A stretch of 64,000 bases of DNA from Escherichia coli (lineage in GTDB: Bacteria > Pseudomonadota > Gammaproteobacteria > Enterobacterales > Enterobacteriaceae), in the NCBI RefSeq assembly GCF_003334305.1, contig NZ_QOWS01000002.1. One strand, given 5' to 3'. Under the pieces are notes generated by a model. That model was not told the DNA's origin and did not search any database. It saw only the letters and a program-made list of their open reading frames with translations. The translations under genes were made by a program, and so were the position numbers. Shown one piece after another: positions 58,601 through 64,000 of the stretch (positions within the stretch are counted from its first letter, which is position 1; each line of letters begins with the position of its first letter).

Positions 58601-59582
58601 CGTGGTGGACGACAAAAATAAGAAGCTAAAAGAAGGGCGCTCATTACAGGATCTGAAAGATGCGCTGAAAGGCAAAGTGCAGGAAACGCTGTCCGCGGTG
58701 GCGGATGACGGTATCGAGCAGAGCGGCTTACATATCTGGAGTTTTGGTCAGCTGCCGGAAAGCTACGAACAGAAGCGTGGCAACTACAAAGTGAAGGCGT
58801 GGCCGGCGCTGGTGGATGAGCGCGACAGTGTGGCGATCAAACTGTTTGATAACCCGCTGGAGCAAAAGCAGGCAATGTGGAACGGTCTTCGCCGTCTACT
58901 GCTGCTGAATATTCCATCGCCAATCAAATATTTACATGAAAAGTTACCGAACAAAGCCAAGCTGGGACTGTACTTTAACCCGTATGGCAAAGTGCTGGAG
59001 CTGATCGACGACTGTATCTCCTGCGGTGTGGATAAATTGATCGACGCCAATGGTGGCCCTGTCTGGACGGAAGAAGGCTTTGCTGCGCTGCATGAAAAAG
59101 TGCGTGCCGAACTGAACGACACGGTGGTGGATATTGCGAAGCAGGTCGAGCAAATCCTTACGGCAGTGTTCAATATCAACAAACGTCTGAAAGGGCGGGT
59201 GGATATGACCATGGCGCTGGGGCTTTCTGACATTAAAGCGCAGATGGGCGGGTTGGTATATCGCGGTTTTGTCACTGGTAACGGCTTCAAACGGCTGGGC
59301 GACACGCTGCGATATTTGCAGGCGATTGAAAAACGGCTGGAAAAACTGGCGGTTGATCCACATCGCGACCGTGCGCAGATGCTGAAAGTCGAAAACGTCC
59401 AGCAGGCGTGGCAGCAATGGATCAACAAACTGCCGCCCGCACGTCGTGAGGATGAAGACGTGAAAGAGATCCGTTGGATGATAGAAGAGTTGCGCGTTAG
59501 TTACTTCGCTCAACAACTTGGTACGCCTTATCCTATTTCGGATAAGCGTATTTTGCAGGCGATGGAGCAGATTAGCGGTTAA
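55680..59582 (+). CDS. hrpA: DEAH-box ATP-dependent RNA helicase HrpA
   Basis: 1300-aa ORF with GETGSGKTTQ Walker A and DEAH motifs. Confidence 0.95.
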   Translation: MTEQQKLTFTALQQRLDSLMLRDRLRFSRRLHGVKKVKNPDAQQAIFQEMAKEIDQAAGKVLLREAARPEITYPDNLPVSQKKQDILEAIRDHQVVIVAGETGSGKTTQLPKICMELGRGIKGLIGHTQPRRLAARTVANRIAEELKTEPGGCIGYKVRFSDHVSDNTMVKLMTDGILLAEIQQDRLLMQYDTIIIDEAHERSLNIDFLLGYLKELLPRRPDLKIIITSATIDPERFSRHFNNAPIIEVSGRTYPVEVRYRPIVEEADDTERDQLQAIFDAVDELSQESPGDILIFMSGEREIRDTADALNKLNLRHTEILPLYARLSNSEQNRVFQSHSGRRIVLATNVAETSLTVPGIKYVIDPGTARISRYSYRTKVQRLPIEPISQASANQRKGRCGRVSEGICIRLYSEDDFLSRPEFTDPEILRTNLASVILQMTALGLGDIAAFPFVEAPDKRNIQDGVRLLEELGAITTDEQASAYKLTPLGRQLSQLPVDPRLARMVLEAQKHGCVREAMIITSALSIQDPRERPMDKQQASDEKHRRFHDKESDFLAFVNLWNYLGEQQKALSSNAFRRLCRTDYLNYLRVREWQDIYTQLRQVVKELGIPVNSEPAEYREIHIALLTGLLSHIGMKDADKQEYTGARNARFSIFPGSGLFKKPPKWVMVAELVETSRLWGRIAARIDPEWVEPVAQHLIKRTYSEPHWERAQGAVMATEKVTVYGLPIVAARKVNYSQIDPALCRELFIRHALVEGDWQTRHAFFRENLKLRAEVEELEHKSRRRDILVDDETLFEFYDQRISHDVISARHFDSWWKKVSRETPDLLNFEKSMLIKEGAEKISKLDYPNFWHQGNLKLRLSYQFEPGADADGVTVHIPLPLLNQVEESGFEWQIPGLRRELVIALIKSLPKPVRRNFVPAPNYAEAFLGRVKPLELPLLDSLERELRRMTGVTVDREDWHWDQVPDHLKITFRVVDDKNKKLKEGRSLQDLKDALKGKVQETLSAVADDGIEQSGLHIWSFGQLPESYEQKRGNYKVKAWPALVDERDSVAIKLFDNPLEQKQAMWNGLRRLLLLNIPSPIKYLHEKLPNKAKLGLYFNPYGKVLELIDDCISCGVDKLIDANGGPVWTEEGFAALHEKVRAELNDTVVDIAKQVEQILTAVFNINKRLKGRVDMTMALGLSDIKAQMGGLVYRGFVTGNGFKRLGDTLRYLQAIEKRLEKLAVDPHRDRAQMLKVENVQQAWQQWINKLPPARREDEDVKEIRWMIEELRVSYFAQQLGTPYPISDKRILQAMEQISG

Positions 59583-59608
59583 CACTGCTATTTGCCTGAT
59601 AAAGAAAA

Positions 59609-59640
59609 AACCCGGTAAGCATTTAGCGCCGGGTTTTTTA
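59609..59640 (+). terminator. Rho-independent terminator of hrpA
   Basis: ACCCGG-loop-CCGGGT followed by TTTTTT. Confidence 0.7.
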
Positions 59641-59853
59641 TTAATTCTAAAACGGTAAGGGTAAAAATTCAGGAATTCAGAAAAATACAATTCTCTGCTG
59701 CAAGATGAATAATGTTTATCTACAGCATTTCCTTAAAAGATATGTCAGGATTGCGGAGTGGCGGTTAAGGAAATACGACTTCCTCCTTTCAGAGTGCTCC
59801 GCTTCTCACTATTATCTCACGCAGTATTCTTAAGGGAACGATAAGGAGGAACC

Positions 59854-60654
59854 ATGAACATTACCCCGTTTCCGACGCTTTCGCCGGCAACTATAGATGC
59901 CATAAATGTTATCGGACAGTGGCTGGCGCAGGATGATTTCTCCGGTGAGGTGCCGTATCAGGCCGATTGCGTGATCCTTGCAGGCAATGCGGTTATGCCG
60001 ACTATCGACGCGGCATGTAAGATTGCTCGCGATCAGCAAATTCCTTTACTGATTAGTGGTGGTATCGGTCACTCGACAACTTTTTTGTATAGCGCCATCG
60101 CACAGCATCCGCACTACAACACTATCCGCACCACTGGCAGAGCAGAAGCGACCATCCTGGCGGATATCGCTCATCAGTTCTGGCACATTCCGCATGAAAA
60201 AATCTGGATTGAAGACCAGTCAACAAACTGCGGTGAAAACGCACGCTTTAGCATCGCGCTATTGAATCAGGCCGTAGAACGAGTTCATACGGCTATCGTT
60301 GTTCAGGACCCCACCATGCAGCGGCGCACGATGGCGACGTTCCGCCGTATGACTGGGGACAATCCCGATGCACCACGCTGGTTAAGTTATCCCGGATTCG
60401 TTCCTCAGTTAGGAAATAACGCAGACAGTGTAATCTTTATTAATCAGTTACAAGGATTATGGCCAGTTGAGCGTTATCTCTCACTACTCACTGGCGAGCT
60501 GCCGCGTTTACGCGATGATAGCGATGGCTACGGTCCCCGCGGGCGAGATTTTATCGTTCACGTTGATTTTCCGGCAGAAGTCATCCATGCATGGCAAACG
60601 CTGAAACATGATGCGGTGCTCATCGAGGCGATGGAAAGTCGCTCGTTACGTTAA
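59854..60654 (+). CDS. ydcF: DUF218-domain protein YdcF
   Basis: 266-aa ORF. Confidence 0.85.
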
Positions 60655-60850
60655 AAATTGCCCGTTTGTGAACCACTTGTTTGCAAACGGGCATGACTCC
60701 TGACTTTTATTTCTGCCTTTTATTCCTTTTACACTTGTTTTTATGAAGCCCTTCACAGAATTGTCCTTTCACGATGCCGTCTCTCTGATGATTGATGTTA
60801 ATTAACAATGCATTCACCGAAAACAAACATATAAATCACAGGAGTCGCCC

Positions 60851-62290
60851 ATGTCAGTACCCGTTCAACATCCTATGTATATCGATGGACAGTTTGTTAC
60901 CTGGCGTGGAGACGCATGGATTGATGTGGTAAACCCTGCTACAGAGGCTGTCATTTCCCGCATACCCGATGGTCAGGCCGAGGATGCCCGTAAGGCAATC
61001 GATGCAGCAGAACGTGCACAACCAGAATGGGAAGCGTTGCCTGCTATTGAACGCGCCAGTTGGTTGCGCAAAATCTCCGCCGGGATCCGCGAACGCGCCA
61101 GTGAAATCAGTGCGCTGATTGTTGAAGAAGGGGGCAAGATCCAGCAGCTGGCTGAAGTCGAAGTGGCTTTTACTGCCGACTATATCGATTACATGGCGGA
61201 GTGGGCACGGCGTTACGAGGGCGAGATTATTCAAAGCGATCGTCCAGGAGAAAATATTCTTTTGTTTAAACGTGCGCTTGGTGTGACTACCGGCATTCTG
61301 CCGTGGAACTTCCCGTTCTTCCTCATTGCCCGCAAAATGGCTCCCGCTCTTTTGACCGGTAATACCATCGTCATTAAACCTAGTGAATTTACGCCAAACA
61401 ATGCGATTGCATTCGCCAAAATCGTCGATGAAATAGGCCTTCCGCGCGGCGTGTTTAACCTTGTACTGGGGCGTGGTGAAACCGTTGGGCAAGAACTGGC
61501 GGGTAACCCAAAGGTCGCAATGGTCAGTATGACAGGCAGCGTCTCTGCAGGTGAGAAGATCATGGCGACTGCGGCGAAAAACATCACCAAAGTGTGTCTG
61601 GAATTGGGGGGTAAAGCACCAGCTATCGTAATGGACGATGCCGATCTTGAACTGGCAGTCAAAGCCATCGTTGATTCACGCGTCATTAATAGTGGGCAAG
61701 TGTGTAACTGTGCAGAACGTGTTTATGTACAGAAAGGCATTTATGATCAGTTCGTCAATCGGCTGGGTGAAGCGATGCAGGCGGTTCAATTTGGTAACCC
61801 CGCTGAACGCAACGACATTGCGATGGGGCCGTTGATTAACGCCGCGGCGCTGGAAAGGGTTGAGCAAAAAGTGGCGCGCGCAGTAGAAGAAGGGGCGAGA
61901 GTGGCGTTGGGTGGCAAAGCGGTAGAGGGGAAAGGATATTATTATCCGCCGACATTGCTGCTGGATGTTCGCCAGGAAATGTCGATTATGCATGAGGAAA
62001 CCTTTGGCCCGGTTCTGCCGGTGGTCGCATTTGACACGCTGGAAGATGCTATCTCAATGGCTAATGACAGTGATTACGGCCTGACCTCATCAATCTATAC
62101 CCAAAATCTGAACGTCGCGATGAAAGCCATTAAAGGGCTGAAGTTTGGTGAAACTTACATCAACCGTGAAAACTTCGAAGCTATGCAAGGCTTCCACGCC
62201 GGATGGCGTAAATCCGGTATTGGCGGCGCAGATGGTAAACATGGCCTGCATGAATATCTGCAGACCCAGGTGGTTTATTTACAGTCGTAA
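60851..62290 (+). CDS. aldA: lactaldehyde/glycolaldehyde dehydrogenase
   Basis: 479-aa aldehyde dehydrogenase ORF. Confidence 0.95.
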   Translation: MSVPVQHPMYIDGQFVTWRGDAWIDVVNPATEAVISRIPDGQAEDARKAIDAAERAQPEWEALPAIERASWLRKISAGIRERASEISALIVEEGGKIQQLAEVEVAFTADYIDYMAEWARRYEGEIIQSDRPGENILLFKRALGVTTGILPWNFPFFLIARKMAPALLTGNTIVIKPSEFTPNNAIAFAKIVDEIGLPRGVFNLVLGRGETVGQELAGNPKVAMVSMTGSVSAGEKIMATAAKNITKVCLELGGKAPAIVMDDADLELAVKAIVDSRVINSGQVCNCAERVYVQKGIYDQFVNRLGEAMQAVQFGNPAERNDIAMGPLINAAALERVEQKVARAVEEGARVALGGKAVEGKGYYYPPTLLLDVRQEMSIMHEETFGPVLPVVAFDTLEDAISMANDSDYGLTSSIYTQNLNVAMKAIKGLKFGETYINRENFEAMQGFHAGWRKSGIGGADGKHGLHEYLQTQVVYLQS

Positions 62291-62300
62291 TGAGTAAAAG

Positions 62301-62324
62301 AGGCGGAGGTTTTTTCCTCCGCCT
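62301..62324. terminator. bidirectional Rho-independent terminator between convergent aldA and gapC
   Basis: AGGCGGAGG-TTTTTT-CCTCCGCCT. Confidence 0.75.
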
Positions 62325-62331
62325 GTGCGCG

Positions 62332-63333
62332 TCAGAGTTTAGCGAATTTTTCGAGGGTGCGAATAAGCTGCGTGACGAAGCCATATTCGTTATCGTACCA
62401 GGCGACCGTTTTCACCAGTTGTAAATCGCCCACGGCGGTAATTTCCGTTTGCGTGGCATCAAACACCGAACCGAAATGGCTGCCAATGATATCGGAAGAG
62501 ACTATTTCTTCATCGGTATAACCAAATGACTCGTTATTGGTGGTTGCTTGTTTAAGTGCGTTATTCACCTCTTCGGCAGTCACTTTTTTTCCGAGAATGG
62601 ACACCAGCTCAGTGACCGAACCTGTTTTCACCGGCACGCGTTGCGCATGACCTTTCAGTTTGCCGCTCAGTTCCGGGATCACCAGACCAATGGCTTTTGC
62701 CGCCCCCGTAGTGTGGGGAATGATATTTTCTGCCGCTGCGCGTGAAGCACGTAAATCTTTACCACGTGGGCCATCCACCAGTGACTGGGTGCCAGTATAG
62801 GCATGAATGGTCGTCATCGTGCCGACTTCTATCCCGAAACTGTCATGCAAGGCTTTGGCCATCGGCGCAAGACAGTTAGTGGTGCATGACGCCACGGAAA
62901 CAATGGTGTCGTTGCCATCCAGAGTGTCGTCATTGACGTTATAAACGATAGTTTTCATTTCACCGGCAGGGGCGGAAATCAACACCTTCTTCGCACCAGC
63001 ATCAAGATGCGCCTGCGATTTCTCGGCGGAGGTATAAAAGCCAGTACATTCGACAATGATTTCTGCACCTTTCGCTTTCCACGGAATATTTTTAGCCTCT
63101 TTTTCGGCGTAAACCGCGATACTTTTCCCATCAACGATAAGTGAATCTTCCGTAAAATCAACGCTCCAGGGGAATGGTCCGTAGTTTGAATCATGTTTCA
63201 GCAGGTAGGCGAGAATTTTTGGGGAAGTGAGATCATTAATAGCGACAACGTCTATGTTGCTTTTGACTTCAAGTAATCGACGCAACACCAGTCGACCGAT
63301 ACGACCAAAACCGTTAATACCAACTTTACTCAT
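62332..63333 (-). CDS. gapC: glyceraldehyde-3-phosphate dehydrogenase (GapC-type), intact
   Basis: Uninterrupted 333-aa ORF with NAD-binding GFGRIGR and catalytic SCTTNC motifs. Confidence 0.85.
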   Translation of the reverse strand: MSKVGINGFGRIGRLVLRRLLEVKSNIDVVAINDLTSPKILAYLLKHDSNYGPFPWSVDFTEDSLIVDGKSIAVYAEKEAKNIPWKAKGAEIIVECTGFYTSAEKSQAHLDAGAKKVLISAPAGEMKTIVYNVNDDTLDGNDTIVSVASCTTNCLAPMAKALHDSFGIEVGTMTTIHAYTGTQSLVDGPRGKDLRASRAAAENIIPHTTGAAKAIGLVIPELSGKLKGHAQRVPVKTGSVTELVSILGKKVTAEEVNNALKQATTNNESFGYTDEEIVSSDIIGSHFGSVFDATQTEITAVGDLQLVKTVAWYDNEYGFVTQLIRTLEKFAKL

Positions 63334-63521
63334 GGTTTTCTCCTGTCAGGAACATTCGGATGAAAATTGATCCTTTCCAGGCTTAGACCAGGATTGTGGG
63401 ATGGGCAATCTCCATTCTTACAGTGAAACGTAACGTACTGAAAACGGGTGAACAATATTTAATGAAATTTTGAGAAAAGCCCGTTATGTTAACGGAAAAT
63501 TATGTTAAAGCAGGAAATGTT

Positions 63522-64000
63522 ATGGAAAATAAATACTCAAGGTTACAAATCAGCATTCACTGGCTGGTCTTTTTGCTGGTTATCGCAGCGTATTGCGCAA
63601 TGGAGTTTCGTGGTTTCTTCCCACGTAGCGATCGGCCACTCATCAACATGGTTCATGTTTCCTGTGGTATCTCAATTCTCGTGCTGATGGTGGTTCGTCT
63701 TTTGTTAAGACTGAAATACCCAACCCCGCCGATTATACCTAAGCCAAAACCGATGATGACGGGACTGGCGCATTTGGGACATTTGGTGATTTATCTCCTG
63801 TTTATTGCGCTGCCAGTGATTGGTTTGGTGATGATGTATAACCGGGGCAACCCGTGGTTTGCGTTTGGTTTGACGATGCCTTACGCTTCAGAGGCCAATT
63901 TCGAACGGGTTGATAGCTTAAAGTCGTGGCATGAGACGCTGGCGAATCTGGGATATTTTGTCATCGGGTTGCACGCTGCGGCTGCACTGGCACACCACTA
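63522..64000 (+). CDS. cybB: cytochrome b561 (5' partial, runs off the window)
   Basis: ATG at 63522 (MENKYSRLQISIHWLVFLL...); hydrophobic helices with conserved His; no stop before the window end, so absent from the ORF track. Confidence 0.8.
   Translation, partial: MENKYSRLQISIHWLVFLLVIAAYCAMEFRGFFPRSDRPLINMVHVSCGISILVLMVVRLLLRLKYPTPPIIPKPKPMMTGLAHLGHLVIYLLFIALPVIGLVMMYNRGNPWFAFGLTMPYASEANFERVDSLKSWHETLANLGYFVIGLHAAAALAHH

Noticed and set aside
56616-59690. Long antisense ORFs inside hrpA (310 aa at 56616-57548; 248 aa at 58944-59690; 214 aa at 58784-59428)
   Set aside because: Fully embedded antisense to the hrpA frame, which has unmistakable helicase motifs; low-complexity Arg/Ser-rich translations typical of the reverse frame of GC-rich genes.
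60660-60692. Inverted repeat GCCCGTTTG...CAAACGGGC after ydcF
   Set aside because: Hairpin is clear but there is no adjacent U-run; it could be a protein-binding palindrome or a weak terminator. Insufficient support to call.

Overview
This window reads as ordinary Escherichia coli core chromosome, syntenic with the K-12 ycjY-to-cybB segment (about 1.39-1.49 Mb); I found no convincing previously undescribed system. Gene order (identified by recognising the translated ORFs, not by any search) is ycjY, ycjZ, mppA, ynaI, ynaJ, uspE, fnr, ogt, abgTBA, abgR, smrA, dgcM, zntB, dbpA, ttcA, uspF, ompN, micC, ydbK, ydbJ, hslJ, ldhA, ydbH-ynbE-ydbL, feaR, feaB, tynA, a truncated paa cluster, paaXY, ydbC, ydbD, ynbABCD, azoR, hrpA, ydcF, aldA, gapC and the 5' part of cybB. 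The most interesting features are structural differences from the K-12 layout as I recall it: (1) a scarless deletion fusing a 5'-truncated paaZ to a 5'-truncated paaE, removing paaABCD and the Pz/Pa promoter region; (2) no Rac prophage between ttcA and uspF; (3) no ydbA autotransporter pseudogene or IS2/IS30 between paaY and ydbC; (4) no IS5 between ynaI and ynaJ; (5) an intact gapC. I saw no integrase, transposase, CRISPR array, toxin-antitoxin pair or recognisable defence island. The least-characterised content is the ynbABCD lipid-like operon, ydbD, and a 57-codon proline-rich ORF with a strong Shine-Dalgarno just upstream of dbpA. All coordinates come from reading the sequence and the supplied ORF track; start codons were adjusted by eye and recalled reference lengths are from memory.
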